Shown here in pieces: positions 19,650 to 30,181 of a stretch of 64,000 bases of DNA (positions are counted from its first letter, which is position 1; each line of letters begins with the position of its first letter). The DNA comes from Coleofasciculus sp. B1-GNL1-01. GTDB taxonomy: Bacteria > Cyanobacteriota > Cyanobacteriia > Cyanobacteriales > Coleofasciculaceae. Under the pieces are notes generated by a model, which had not been told where the DNA came from, searched no databases, and saw only the letters and a program-made list of their open reading frames with translations. The translations under genes and the position numbers were made by a program. The DNA is taken from assembly GCA_040220235.1 (NCBI GenBank), contig JAVJTO010000094.1. One strand, given 5' to 3'.

Positions 19650-20156
19650 GCAGGCGCGGAAGTCCTCACCCTCAACGATAGTAGGGTGAGGATGGACAGC
19701 GGAAAATTGAGGAACGAAATTTTCAAATTACAATTAACTTTTGGCGCTATAATAACAGTAACCCTCCTAGGTCTACATGGTAATGCATGGGCTAAAGATG
19801 GCATGGGCTAGGTGTGATAGAGATGTAGTCCTTGCGCGTTAATGAACTCGACCACCGTTCGCTTTATAGCGTCCAGAAAAGAATAGCGCAAGATGCCTAA
19901 TGGCATTATTCGGTTAGTACAGACGCTTCAAAAGCGCGTCTCTACAACCGCAAACCGCTATCATCCAAGCGGACTAACAAAATATAACTGTCTGCGGAAG
20001 GCGGACAACTGCCTGTGGACGCTGAGTAAGACCAATAGAGGGCAACCTTTAGAGGCATCGGCGGATGAAGCGGGAAATCCTAAAGACGAATAAGACCGTC
20101 CTTGTTTAGCTAAGTTGGAAGCCCTAACTTCAGCGAAGCAAGTTAGGGTACTTCAC
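19650..20156 (+). mobile_element. Non-autonomous IS200/IS605 derivative retaining both ends and an omega-RNA-like scaffold
   Basis: Left hairpin TCCTCACCCT/AGGGTGAGGA (19663-19692); TGTGATAGAGATGTA, a CDRDV tnpB remnant; GCCTGTGGA...GTAAGACC...GATGAAGCGGGAA scaffold; right hairpin CCCTAACTT/AAGTTAGGG followed by TACTTCAC (20156). Confidence 0.72.
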
Positions 20157-20352
20157 ATTAGAATTCTCGGCGATTTGTCTTGATTCCTATCTCCTGTCTC
20201 TCCTTAACCACGTCAAATTCCTAAAATTCCTACATAACTGATACGGCTACCAACCCAAGCTGGGACAAATTTGTTCCCTGCTCCCTGTTCCCTTTCCTAA
20301 CCAAAATGTCCCGCTTTAGACCGATAATCCTGATACTGATAACTGATAACTT

Positions 20353-20820
20353 ATGCAGGTAGAGTTTCGCGAGTATAACCCATTCGATTTGTGGATCTGG
20401 CTAGAGTTTGCCACTGTTCCTTCCCCCATGGAAAAAGATTATATTGAAGAGTTATTCAATTCCTGGTTTTATCTGGGGAAATTGGGCGGATTTGATGCGG
20501 AGAACCTGCAAGTGCAGGAGACGGGTGTGGATATTAGCTATATGGACTATGATGACCGAGAGACAGACAGCACCCTCATGGCGCTGATGCATAATCAAGG
20601 AGACTTTGATTATCAGGGAACCTGGGGGCGCTGCTGGTTTGACTTAGGCACATCTGATGCGATCGCACTCGATGTTCTAATCAATGCCCTCAAGCAACTC
20701 TCTAAAGAATACGTTCAAATCGAACGAGTCATTATCGGTGGTGAGAATGAAGATTGGCCCACAAAAAGCCGTCAAGAGTCTCTGTTTTACGAGTCTCAGG
20801 ATAACGGGCAAGTGCGTTGA
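20353..20820 (+). CDS. DUF3531-family protein
   Basis: Conserved cyanobacterial sequence FREYNPFDLWIWLEF...WFYLGKLGGFDAENLQ...WGRCWFDLGTSD. Confidence 0.88.
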   Translation: MQVEFREYNPFDLWIWLEFATVPSPMEKDYIEELFNSWFYLGKLGGFDAENLQVQETGVDISYMDYDDRETDSTLMALMHNQGDFDYQGTWGRCWFDLGTSDAIALDVLINALKQLSKEYVQIERVIIGGENEDWPTKSRQESLFYESQDNGQVR

Positions 20821-20830
20821 ACCTGATTGG

Positions 20831-20891
20831 GTAGGGGCGGGTTTTACCAATAACGTTTGGCAACAACCGAGAACTTGGCTAAACCCGCCCC
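20831..20891. repeat. REP-like element GTAGGGGCGGGTTT-N~37-AAACCCGCCCC(TAC)
   Basis: Further copies at 29885-29947, 42594-42655, 53367-53427 and 63816-63878; a half copy near 10808-10820. Confidence 0.88.
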
Positions 20892-20956
20892 CTCATTCAA
20901 ACCTAAAAATCAAAGGTCAACAAATCTCTCCTTGTCTCTGTGCTTCCCGGTTTATA

Positions 20957-21949
20957 TCATCGAAACATACTGCTGACTGAACTGTCTTCATGAATACGCC
21001 AGATGGTTTCTCCCAATAAGTTAGCAACTGAAAGCACCGTAAGCTGATCAAAGTAATTGTCTTGAGCAACTGGAATTGTATTGGTGACAATCACTTCTTC
21101 AAAGATTCCACTGGAGAGGCGTTCAATCGCAGGTGGTGAAAAGACGGCATGAGTCGCACAAGCATACACTTGTCTAGCTCCCTCTTGACGCAAAATCTTG
21201 GCACCCGCAGCAATCGTCCCCGCCGTGTCAATCATATCGTCTACCAAAACAGCCGTTTTGCCCTTGACATCTCCAATCACGTTCATAACCTCTGCCACAT
21301 TATGCGCTTGCCGTCGCTTGTCAATAATGGCTAAGGGCGCATCATCCAGCTTTTTGGCAAACGCCCTGGCTCTAGCTACGCCACCCACGTCAGGGGAAAC
21401 AACCACCAGATCAGGTAATTGTTTACTCGCCAGATAGTCTAAGGTTACTGGAGAACCGTAGACATGATCGAAGGGAATATCGAAATACCCTTGGATTTGG
21501 GCAGAGTGTAAATCCATCGCTAATACCCGATTCGCGCCCGCCTCAGTAATCAAATTTGCCACTAACTTAGCGGTAATTGATTCTCGTCCGGCGGTTTTGC
21601 GATCGGCTCTGGCATAACCGTAGTATGGAATAACAGCAGTAATCTGCCGTGCGGATGCTCGCCGACAGGCGTCGATCATAATCAGCAATTCCATCAGGTT
21701 ATCGTTTACCGGATGGCAACTCGGCTGAATTAGGTAAACGTCGCACCCCCGAATGGATTCTTGAATTTGAATGTATAACTCGCCATCGGCAAATCGTTTG
21801 CGAACCATTGGTCCAATGTCCATGCCCAAATAGCGAGCAACTTCTTGTGCTAGTGGAACATTAGCAGACCCAGAAAACAGTCGGAGACGATTATTATCCG
21901 CGATTAGCGGCAGCGTAGGCTGAAGCGTTAACGTTGCAGAACGGCTCAC
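20957..21949 (-). CDS. prs: Ribose-phosphate pyrophosphokinase
   Basis: FADGE, PYYGYARADRK, DLHSAQIQGYF, VSPDVGG and VDDMIDTAGT. Confidence 0.98.
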   Translation of the reverse strand: MSRSATLTLQPTLPLIADNNRLRLFSGSANVPLAQEVARYLGMDIGPMVRKRFADGELYIQIQESIRGCDVYLIQPSCHPVNDNLMELLIMIDACRRASARQITAVIPYYGYARADRKTAGRESITAKLVANLITEAGANRVLAMDLHSAQIQGYFDIPFDHVYGSPVTLDYLASKQLPDLVVVSPDVGGVARARAFAKKLDDAPLAIIDKRRQAHNVAEVMNVIGDVKGKTAVLVDDMIDTAGTIAAGAKILRQEGARQVYACATHAVFSPPAIERLSSGIFEEVIVTNTIPVAQDNYFDQLTVLSVANLLGETIWRIHEDSSVSSMFR

Positions 21950-22536
21950 AGCAGACCCTCGAAGCTCATTTCAAGGCAATCTTAACATTTGCTGTTGTCT
22001 ATGGTTCTAGTATTTCTCATAAATTGACAAATCGGGCAATCGTGATCCTTGCCCACCAGCCCAAATATACCAGGAATTTTAGATGTGATGCTTAAGGATG
22101 CTGCCTCAGTTGTTCACTTTATCCAATTGACCCAATAGTTTTCCCATTGAATTGACTAAAATATCCAATTATTAATCAAACTCATACAAATAGAACAAAT
22201 AATTAACATTTTTTAAGAAAAAGCGAATCTAAAAGTAATAAATCAGTCAAAAGACAGAGGTTAAACAAACCAACTTAACGAAGTACCTGAACATAATGTT
22301 TTGGGGAGACGTCAAGAACTGTAAATCTGGCTGATTTCCTTCCGATTGAGTAGTATCCAAAACCTGTCATGGCTTCTGCTAACATCTAGCTAATGGGGGG
22401 ACGTCTCAGGAGCCACAGATAAAATAAATATAATAAATGCCAGGATGTGACCATCTTCTCATAAAATTTAGACTTGTAGACTAGGAACTCACTATCCTTC
22501 CTGGCTGTTTTCCCCCAAACTCCAATTCACAAGCTC

Positions 22537-24498
22537 ATGGAACAACCGATCGCCTCTGGAACTATTCTGCAAGCCCGTTACCACTTGATCCGAGTTCTGG
22601 GTCAAGGGGGATTCGGTCGCACTTACCTGGCGGAAGACCTGAATCGGTTTAAAGAACTTTGTGTACTCAAAGAATTGATTCCGCCTCAGACTGAAGCCTA
22701 TACCTTGGAGAAGTCCAAAGAACTGTTCCAACGGGAGGCAACCACCCTCTATCAAATCAAACACCCGCAAGTCCCCGAATTTCGAGCCACGTTTGAGCAG
22801 GATGGGCGGTTTTTCTTGGCACAAGACTACGTGGAGGGGAAAACCTATCGCGAGTTACTCAATGAGCGCCTAGAACAGCTAGCTGGCAATTCTACATCCA
22901 GCACGGAAGCCGTGGGAATTCCCACACCGCCTCAAAATACACCCATGGGGAATCCCGTCTTCTCCGAAGCCGAAGTTAAACAGCTACTCCAGCAATTATT
23001 GCCCGTACTAGAACATATTCACACTAAGGGGATCATCCACCGCGATATTACTCCCGATAATATTATTCTGCGCCAGGGCGACCAACTCCCGGTATTAATT
23101 GATTTTGGTGTGGTCAAAGAACTGGCTACCCGTTTGCAGTCGCCCGATATGGCAACCCCAGCCACAACGGTTGGCAAACTGGGTTATGCTCCCAGCGAAC
23201 AAATTCAAACCGGAAAATCCTATCCCAGTAGTGACCTCTATTCCCTCGCGGTTACTGGCGTGGTGCTACTGACAGGCAAAGAACCCAGGGAGTTACTGGA
23301 TAATACCCAGTTAACCTGGAACTGGCAACGGTGGGTGACAGTGAGTGATGAATTTGCCCGGATTCTGAACCGGATGCTAAGTTACAGACCGGGCGATCGC
23401 TATTCATCTGCAACAGATGTACTCCAAGCTTTGCAATCTCCAGCCCCTCCAGCCGCCTCTACACCAGAACCAGACGCCAACGCTTCTGGGATGGCAACCG
23501 TAGCCGTAGGACGACGTCCGGAACCGCAGACACCACCCGCGAGAACACCCGCGCAATCTGAACCCGCGATTCCTGAACCGAGTAATGACTCGATTTGGGA
23601 AAAGCCTGGGATGGTTGTGGCAATTGGTGCAGTATTTGCCGTGATTGCAGGGTTGGGTTCTTGGGCAATTGCTAATCGACTAAGACAGGAACCGACTCCC
23701 CCAGACACAATTGTGGAGTCTCCGTCTCCTTTGCCCACAGAAACTGAATCTCCCTCACCTTCACCCACTCCCACCGAACCACGAGTCTATAGTCGGACTC
23801 TGGCTCTGTCTCCGGGTAGAGAACTATCTATCGAGAGATCATTACAGCCGAATACTATTGTTAACTACCAGATTCAGGCGGAACAAGACCAAACGTTAGA
23901 GGCTTTTATTCCCACGGAAGGGGTATATATGACCCTCCTCGGACCCGATGATCAACCAGTGAGCGATCGCGCGACACGGGTACAGCAATGGCGAGGTCAA
24001 CTTCCCTATACCGGAGAATATACGGTTCAATTAAGTTTAATTCCAGGACTTCCAGAAACTGAGTACCAACTCAATTTAGACTTAACGGAAGCCCCCGAAC
24101 CCACACCTTCGCCAACGGAAAGTCCATCTCCATCGCCATCTCCGTCTCCATCCCCATCCCCATCTCCGTCTCCATCCCCATCTCCCTCTCCCACTTACGA
24201 AACCGAACGACTGATCATTCCTGAAGGAGAACAGGCAATTCAGTTTCAAGGTCAAACCGCACCGCAACGGGTCAAACGGTATCGCGTCAACGTGGAATCC
24301 AATCAGCAACTAGCGGTAGAAGTTATTCAAGGTGATGTCACGTTAAATATCCGCAATCCTAATGGTCAGTTAATTGAAGATGCCTCAAACATCAACTTTT
24401 GGCAGGCACAATTGCCTCAAGGGGGCAACTATATCATTGATGTGATTGCCCAAAGACCAACCACTTTTACATTGGGTGTCAGTCTAACCAACCCTTAG
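22537..24498 (+). CDS. Membrane Ser/Thr protein kinase with Pro/Ser linkers and two periplasmic PPC-like domains
   Basis: GQGGFG, VLKE, HRDITPDN, DFG, GYAPSE and DLYSL; one TM helix; (SP)n repeat at 24121-24192. Confidence 0.93.
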   Translation: MEQPIASGTILQARYHLIRVLGQGGFGRTYLAEDLNRFKELCVLKELIPPQTEAYTLEKSKELFQREATTLYQIKHPQVPEFRATFEQDGRFFLAQDYVEGKTYRELLNERLEQLAGNSTSSTEAVGIPTPPQNTPMGNPVFSEAEVKQLLQQLLPVLEHIHTKGIIHRDITPDNIILRQGDQLPVLIDFGVVKELATRLQSPDMATPATTVGKLGYAPSEQIQTGKSYPSSDLYSLAVTGVVLLTGKEPRELLDNTQLTWNWQRWVTVSDEFARILNRMLSYRPGDRYSSATDVLQALQSPAPPAASTPEPDANASGMATVAVGRRPEPQTPPARTPAQSEPAIPEPSNDSIWEKPGMVVAIGAVFAVIAGLGSWAIANRLRQEPTPPDTIVESPSPLPTETESPSPSPTPTEPRVYSRTLALSPGRELSIERSLQPNTIVNYQIQAEQDQTLEAFIPTEGVYMTLLGPDDQPVSDRATRVQQWRGQLPYTGEYTVQLSLIPGLPETEYQLNLDLTEAPEPTPSPTESPSPSPSPSPSPSPSPSPSPSPSPTYETERLIIPEGEQAIQFQGQTAPQRVKRYRVNVESNQQLAVEVIQGDVTLNIRNPNGQLIEDASNINFWQAQLPQGGNYIIDVIAQRPTTFTLGVSLTNP

Positions 24499-24511
24499 AT
24501 CCAACTCAAAC

Positions 24512-24546
24512 CAATGACAAATGACCAATGACCAATGACAAATGAC
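24512..24546. repeat. Heptamer tandem repeat (MAATGAC)x5 overlapping the bioD start
   Basis: CAATGAC/AAATGAC units; the last unit contains the ATG at 24542. Confidence 0.85.
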
Positions 24547-25219
24547 CCAAACATTACTAATTACGGGTACAAATACCGATGCGGGTAAAACGGTATTAAC
24601 CACGGCTCTCGCCGCTTATTGGCAAACCTATTATCCGCAAAAACGGCTGGGAATTTTCAAGCCGATGCAAACGGGAACCGGGGATTGGGAACATTATCAC
24701 CAGCAATTCAACCTGGATCAAACCCCTCAAGAGATTGCCCCGTTACAATTTAGCCACCCTGTCGCCCCACCAGTCGCGGCGGAACGGGAAGGACGATCGA
24801 TAGAATTAAAAGGAGTCTGGCAGGCATTGAATCGCCTCCAGCAGCAACGGGATATTGTTTTAGTAGAAGGACTAGGGGGACTGGGTTCACCTGTAACCCA
24901 TGAGTTAACCGTGGCGGATATCGCCAGAGATTGGAAATTACCGAGTGTCATTGTGGTGCCAGTGGCACTGGGCGCGATCGCACAAAGCGTAGCAACTGTC
25001 GCCTTAGCGCGTCAGTCGGGCGTTCAGATTAAAGGAATTGTCCTCAATTGTGTTCAGCCTCGTTCAGCAGAAGAGATTGCTGATTGGACTCCCATTGAGT
25101 TGATTCAGTCACTGACACAGGTTCCCATTTTAGGCATCCTGCCCCACGTAGCTGATCCCACTGATCTGAGCAAATTGGCTCAAGTGGCATCTGAGTTAGA
25201 CATAGAGCGATTGTTCTAA
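24542..25219 (+). CDS. bioD: Dethiobiotin synthase
   Basis: ITGTNTDAGKT, FKPMQTG, VEGLGG and GIVLN. Confidence 0.95.
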   Translation: MTQTLLITGTNTDAGKTVLTTALAAYWQTYYPQKRLGIFKPMQTGTGDWEHYHQQFNLDQTPQEIAPLQFSHPVAPPVAAEREGRSIELKGVWQALNRLQQQRDIVLVEGLGGLGSPVTHELTVADIARDWKLPSVIVVPVALGAIAQSVATVALARQSGVQIKGIVLNCVQPRSAEEIADWTPIELIQSLTQVPILGILPHVADPTDLSKLAQVASELDIERLF

Positions 25220-25493
25220 TGTAACGAAAAATCCTGGTGTTGTTTTAAGAATTGAATCAAATCAGTTGAAATAGCTGAATTTCTGTAACAGGTATATCAA
25301 CATCATGGCGAATATCAAGGAAAATTAGAGAACCACCGACTATTTTTTTCCAGGTAATCACCCATTCCCCATAATTCAGTGGGTCATCTATGTGACGTAT
25401 TCCCTTGATCAATCCCCGATCAAGTAGCTTGACATTTAATAATTTAAGGCATCCTAGTCCACACCAGGGCTAATAACTCATAACAAATGAAAA

Positions 25494-28400
25494 ATGATAA
25501 CCTTAATGTCTGCGATTGACTACCATCCGCTGACGGTTACACCAGACACCTGTCTGATCCATGTCATCGCACTCCTAAATCCAGGAACCCACGCCTGCCC
25601 ATTCCCCGATGGGACAGGATCTTTGGCTTCAAGTTATAGCGAGGGTATAGATGAAAGCTGTGTCTTAGTTATAGAAAACGGGCAGTTAGTCGGAGTGATA
25701 ACGTTGCGAGATTTGGTTCAAATTGTAGCGGAGAAAAGTCCTCTAGAAAATCTTCCTGTTGCTGAAGTGATGACTCAACCAGTGATTACACTGAAGCAAT
25801 CCGAGTTGCGGGATAGTTTTAAAATGCTGAATTTATTCGAGTGCCATGGTATTCGTCACTTACCCATTGTCAATGATGACAATCAAGTGGTAGGAGTTGT
25901 CACACCTGAGAGTTTGCACCACGCTATGCCATCAATGAAACTGTTGAAAAGGCGTCGAGTAGCAGACGTCATGACACCTGAAATCATTAACATTACCCCC
26001 ACGAACTCTGTACTAACTGTAGCGCAACGAATAGCCGAGCATGGAGTTAATTATGTTGTTATTTGTGAACAACAGAAAAATAGCCCTGTAGAGCCAAGCA
26101 CGTTGTCAAAATCAGTAGATTCAAGACCATTTTTTGTTCCACTTGGTATCATTACTGAACGAGATATTGTCCAATTTCAGGCATTGGAACTCGATTTAAA
26201 CTTGCCAGCTTATACACTGATGAGTTTTCCCCTATTGTGTGTGAATCCAGAAGAGTCGTTATGGACAGCTCATCAGAAAATGCAGCAGTGGCGAGTACAG
26301 CAATTAGGAGTCTGTAGTCATCAAGGAGAACTGTTGGGTATGGTTACTCAATCCAGTATTCTACAAACTCTTGACCCAGCACAGTTGTATCACTTTATTC
26401 AAGACTTACAGCAGCAACTGCATCAACAGCGTCAAATCATTTCCTCACTCCACGCTGAAAATCGGCATCTGCGACAAAATAGGGATGAGGGAGATAGGGG
26501 AGCTGGGGGAGCAGAGGGAGCTGGGGGAGCTGGGGGAGCAGAGGGAGCAGAGGGAGCTGGGGGAGCAGAGGGAGCAGAGGGAGCTGGGAGAGCAGAGGGA
26601 GCAGAGGGAGCTGGGGAAGCCGGGAAAATTGGGGATCAAGTGACCCCCATGGAACTGAGGGAGTGCCAACAAACGCAAGGGATTCTGCAAACTTTAAACC
26701 GTATTCTCAAAACCCTTAGTGAATCCCACCGAATATTGATGAGTGCCACCCAGGAATCTGAGTTATTCCAGAAGATTTGTCGTCTGATTGTGGAGGTAGG
26801 GGCGTATCGGGGGGCTTGGGTTGGGTTGACAACTGACGATACGTCCCAAACCGTGCAACCTGTAGCTGGATTTGAAGCGTTAAAGAAGGCAGAAGACAGA
26901 AAACATCATCCGCAAGAGTTTGAACTAAATAATTCTGAAAATAAGCAGTATCTAGAACGATTTGTTATGCCTGAGTTTAACCCATTCTCAGGTGAATCTC
27001 TTGTTGATAGCGTTTTGCAAACTGGACAACCGATAGTTTGTCGCCATATTCAGACTGATCCAAAGTTTACACCCTGGCGATCGCACGCCTTACAACAAGG
27101 GTATGGGGCGTTGATTATTCTACCATTACAGGTTAAAGATCAACCATTGGGTGTGTTAACTATTTATGCCGTGAACTCCGGATCATTTGCGCCGGAAGAG
27201 GTGCAGTTATTGAAAGAATTAGCGAATGATTTAGCCTCTGGTATGGAGGGGTTACGCACCCACCTTGCCCGTGAACAAGCCGAAGCTGAATTATGTCAGT
27301 TAAATCAAGAACTCGAAAGTCGGGTACAACAGCGCACGGCTCAACTTCAACAGGAAATTCAGGAACGTGAAGGGATAGAAGCGTCATTACAGCAAGAGTT
27401 TGATCTATTATCCCGTGTTATGGAAACCAGTCCTGTGGGGATCATTTGGGTGAATCCTCAGGGAAAAATCATGCTGATTAACCATCAAGCGGAACAAATC
27501 TTAGGTCTAAAGTCGGAAAAGATTTGCCTAGATTATCAAGATAAGCTGACTTGGTACAATCAGGATGAGTCAGGGGATTTAATGAAGTCTAAACAGTTAC
27601 CGTTCTGGCATTTGGTGAAAACCAATCAGGCGGTTAATGATCTACACTATACCATTGAACGAGATGATGGGCGGCGAGTATTACTGTCAATTAACGGAAC
27701 CCCTTTATTGAATCAAGCGGGTCAGTTAAAGGGTGTCGTATTTGCGATCGATAATGTCACCGAGCGAGTAAAAGCAGAGGAGGAACTGCGACAGAGCGAA
27801 GAACGATTTCGGACGGTTGCTAACTTTACGTATGACTGGGAATATTGGCTGAATCCGGATGGTCAGTTTCTCTATGTGTCTCCTTCCTGTGAACGAATCA
27901 CCGGGTATTGTGCCGATGATTTTCTCCAGAACGCCAGTTTATTAGAGTCGATTATCTATCCAGAGGATCGAGAAAACTTTGTCCAACATGGGTGTGCCAC
28001 GGCGGTAACTCAGAGGGTGTCAGGAATTGATTTTCGCATCTTAACTAAAACCGGAGAGTTGCGTTGGATCGCTCATATTTGCCAATCTGTACACAGTGCT
28101 GAGGGGCGTTGGTTGGGGATACGAGCGAGTAATCGGGATATTACCGAACGCAAACAAGCTGAGGAAGCGTTGCGAGAGAGTGAGAAACGTTTCCGGAGTA
28201 TGTTTAATCAAGTGGCTGTCGGCATTGTCCAAGCGACGTTATCGGGTCAGTTTCTGTGGTTTAATCAAAAGTTTACCAACTTAGTGCAGTATAGTGCAGA
28301 GGAACTGCAAAACAAGACGTGCAAGGACATTACTCACCCCGATGATGTTGACCAGGAACTCACTTGTTTGAATCAGTTGTTGGCAGGAGAAATTGACACC

Positions 28401-29585
28401 TTTTCCCGTGAAAAACGCTATATTCGTAAAGATGGATCTGAGGTTTGGGTGAATTTAAGTGGGTCGCTGATCCGCAATAGTCAGGGTGAACCGAAATCTT
28501 ATATTGGCGTAGTGCAAGATATCAGCGATCGCAAACAGGCACAAGCGGCGTTGCAGAGGCTGAATGAGCAACTGAAAGGGCGGGTGAATGAACTGGGTAG
28601 CCGCAACCGAGAAATGGTGTTACTTGGCAACTTGAGTGACTTTCTCCAAGCCTGTTTAACGGTTGATGAGGCATATCAAGCGATCGCGACATTGGTTGCT
28701 CCCTTATTTCCGGGAAGTTCAGGGGGAGTGTTTGTAATTAATCCCTCTGAGAATTGGGTAGAAGCCATGGCAACTTGGGGAATCGCTTTGGCGAGTCAGA
28801 CGCTGTTTTCGCCTAAAGCGTGTTGGGCATTACGTCGAGGACGCCCCCATTTGGTAACCCAGCCACAATCTGGTTTACGCTGTCCCCATATTCATTCAGA
28901 TAGTTCTCCTTTAGAATCTTTTTGTGTGCCGATGATGGCACAGGGAAAAGCGTTAGGAATTTTATATATTAGTTCGCCACAACCGGGACAATTGACCGAG
29001 GCAAAACAACGGTTAGCTCTAACGGTAGCGGAACATTTAGCTTTGTCGTTAGCCAATTTAAAATTACGAGAAACGCTGTCCCAACAGAGTATTCGAGATG
29101 CGCTAACTGGGCTATTTAATCGGCGTTATATGGAAGAGTCTTTAGAGCGGGAAATTCATCGAGCGCAGCGTCATCAGCGACCGATGGGGATTATTATGTT
29201 GGATATTGATCATTTTAAACATTTTAACGACACCTTTGGTCATGAAGCGGGGGATGCGGTGTTACGAGAATTAGGCATATTTTTACAACGAAGTATTCGG
29301 GCGTCGGATATTGCCTGCCGTTATGGGGGTGAGGAATTAATGCTAATTTTGCCCGATGCTTCACTGGCTGATACCAAGCAACGGGCAGAACAAATTCGCC
29401 AAGATGTTAAGGGTTTGCAGATCGAGTATCACCATCAACTCTTAGATGCGATCGCGATTTCTGTGGGTGTGGCGGCATTTGCTGAACATGGTTCCACGGC
29501 GGAGGAACTGATTGCGGCGGCGGATCGGGCGCTTTACCAGGCTAAAGCCCAAGGGCGCGATCGCGTGGTTACAGCAGATAAGTAG
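25494..29585 (+). CDS. Diguanylate cyclase (CBS x4 - GAF - PAS x3 - GAF - GGDEF)
   Basis: DALTGLFNRR, DIDHFKHFND, RASD I-site and RYGGEE; upstream CBS, GAF and PAS/PAC motifs. Confidence 0.93.
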   Translation: MITLMSAIDYHPLTVTPDTCLIHVIALLNPGTHACPFPDGTGSLASSYSEGIDESCVLVIENGQLVGVITLRDLVQIVAEKSPLENLPVAEVMTQPVITLKQSELRDSFKMLNLFECHGIRHLPIVNDDNQVVGVVTPESLHHAMPSMKLLKRRRVADVMTPEIINITPTNSVLTVAQRIAEHGVNYVVICEQQKNSPVEPSTLSKSVDSRPFFVPLGIITERDIVQFQALELDLNLPAYTLMSFPLLCVNPEESLWTAHQKMQQWRVQQLGVCSHQGELLGMVTQSSILQTLDPAQLYHFIQDLQQQLHQQRQIISSLHAENRHLRQNRDEGDRGAGGAEGAGGAGGAEGAEGAGGAEGAEGAGRAEGAEGAGEAGKIGDQVTPMELRECQQTQGILQTLNRILKTLSESHRILMSATQESELFQKICRLIVEVGAYRGAWVGLTTDDTSQTVQPVAGFEALKKAEDRKHHPQEFELNNSENKQYLERFVMPEFNPFSGESLVDSVLQTGQPIVCRHIQTDPKFTPWRSHALQQGYGALIILPLQVKDQPLGVLTIYAVNSGSFAPEEVQLLKELANDLASGMEGLRTHLAREQAEAELCQLNQELESRVQQRTAQLQQEIQEREGIEASLQQEFDLLSRVMETSPVGIIWVNPQGKIMLINHQAEQILGLKSEKICLDYQDKLTWYNQDESGDLMKSKQLPFWHLVKTNQAVNDLHYTIERDDGRRVLLSINGTPLLNQAGQLKGVVFAIDNVTERVKAEEELRQSEERFRTVANFTYDWEYWLNPDGQFLYVSPSCERITGYCADDFLQNASLLESIIYPEDRENFVQHGCATAVTQRVSGIDFRILTKTGELRWIAHICQSVHSAEGRWLGIRASNRDITERKQAEEALRESEKRFRSMFNQVAVGIVQATLSGQFLWFNQKFTNLVQYSAEELQNKTCKDITHPDDVDQELTCLNQLLAGEIDTFSREKRYIRKDGSEVWVNLSGSLIRNSQGEPKSYIGVVQDISDRKQAQAALQRLNEQLKGRVNELGSRNREMVLLGNLSDFLQACLTVDEAYQAIATLVAPLFPGSSGGVFVINPSENWVEAMATWGIALASQTLFSPKACWALRRGRPHLVTQPQSGLRCPHIHSDSSPLESFCVPMMAQGKALGILYISSPQPGQLTEAKQRLALTVAEHLALSLANLKLRETLSQQSIRDALTGLFNRRYMEESLEREIHRAQRHQRPMGIIMLDIDHFKHFNDTFGHEAGDAVLRELGIFLQRSIRASDIACRYGGEELMLILPDASLADTKQRAEQIRQDVKGLQIEYHHQLLDAIAISVGVAAFAEHGSTAEELIAAADRALYQAKAQGRDRVVTADK
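26498..26625 (+). repeat. In-frame nonamer array (GCTGGGGGA/GCAGAGGGA)x~14 within the DGC
   Basis: Encodes GAGGAEGAGGAGGAEGAE...; same unit as the intergenic array at 19595. Confidence 0.9.
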
Positions 29586-30030
29586 GTAGGTACAATAAAA
29601 GTTAATGGTCGAGATCGTCATTGAAATCGCTGCTGGGTTATAAATTTGTAGGGTGGGTTAGGCGGAATTTAATTAAGGCGATAACCCATCAATGAACTAT
29701 CCGCCGTAACCCACCGAGATTACTACGTAAGATCCCCGACTTCGTAGGAGTTGTCAGGAATCTTTCTGTGTACCTCACTTTCTACCAAAAGCGCTGTAAT
29801 TCGGGGAATGGTTAGAAAATACCCAGAACATTGAACACATTGATTAATTTCGGTTACGTTAGGTTCAAAGCGTAATTAAATAAAGGGCGGGTTTTGTTGT
29901 TCAGTTATCGGTGACAAGCCAAATCGAGCGGCTAAACCCGCCCCTACAGATCGGCTTCTTCTGTTCCCAGACGTTCCATGGAGACGTTCCACCGGAACCT
30001 GGAGACGTTGCAGGCAACGTCTCTACTAGC
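29579..30030. repeat. Cluster of MITE ends and REP-like palindromes
   Basis: TAAGTAGGT end (29579), GTAGGGTGGG element (29647-29714), AGATCCCCGACTTC (29730), GGGCGGGTTT element (29885-29947) and GAGACGTT palindromes (29970-30026). Confidence 0.75.
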
Positions 30031-30181
30031 GCCCTTGGCAATGTGTCTGTTTTGCCTTCTGCCTTGTCTCCACTAAAAAGGCAGTATTAACCTGGATTTA
30101 CTATTAAAGGAAGATACCTCCAGATTGGCTCCGGAGGCATCTTTTCGTTCTCAGTATAGTATTACGAGTTGTTAAGCAATC

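Noticed and set aside
19490..19811. ORFs 19490..19804 (-) and 19563..19811 (+)
   Set aside because: They overlap tRNA-Ser, the nonamer repeat and an IS end, and stay open only because of the repeat.
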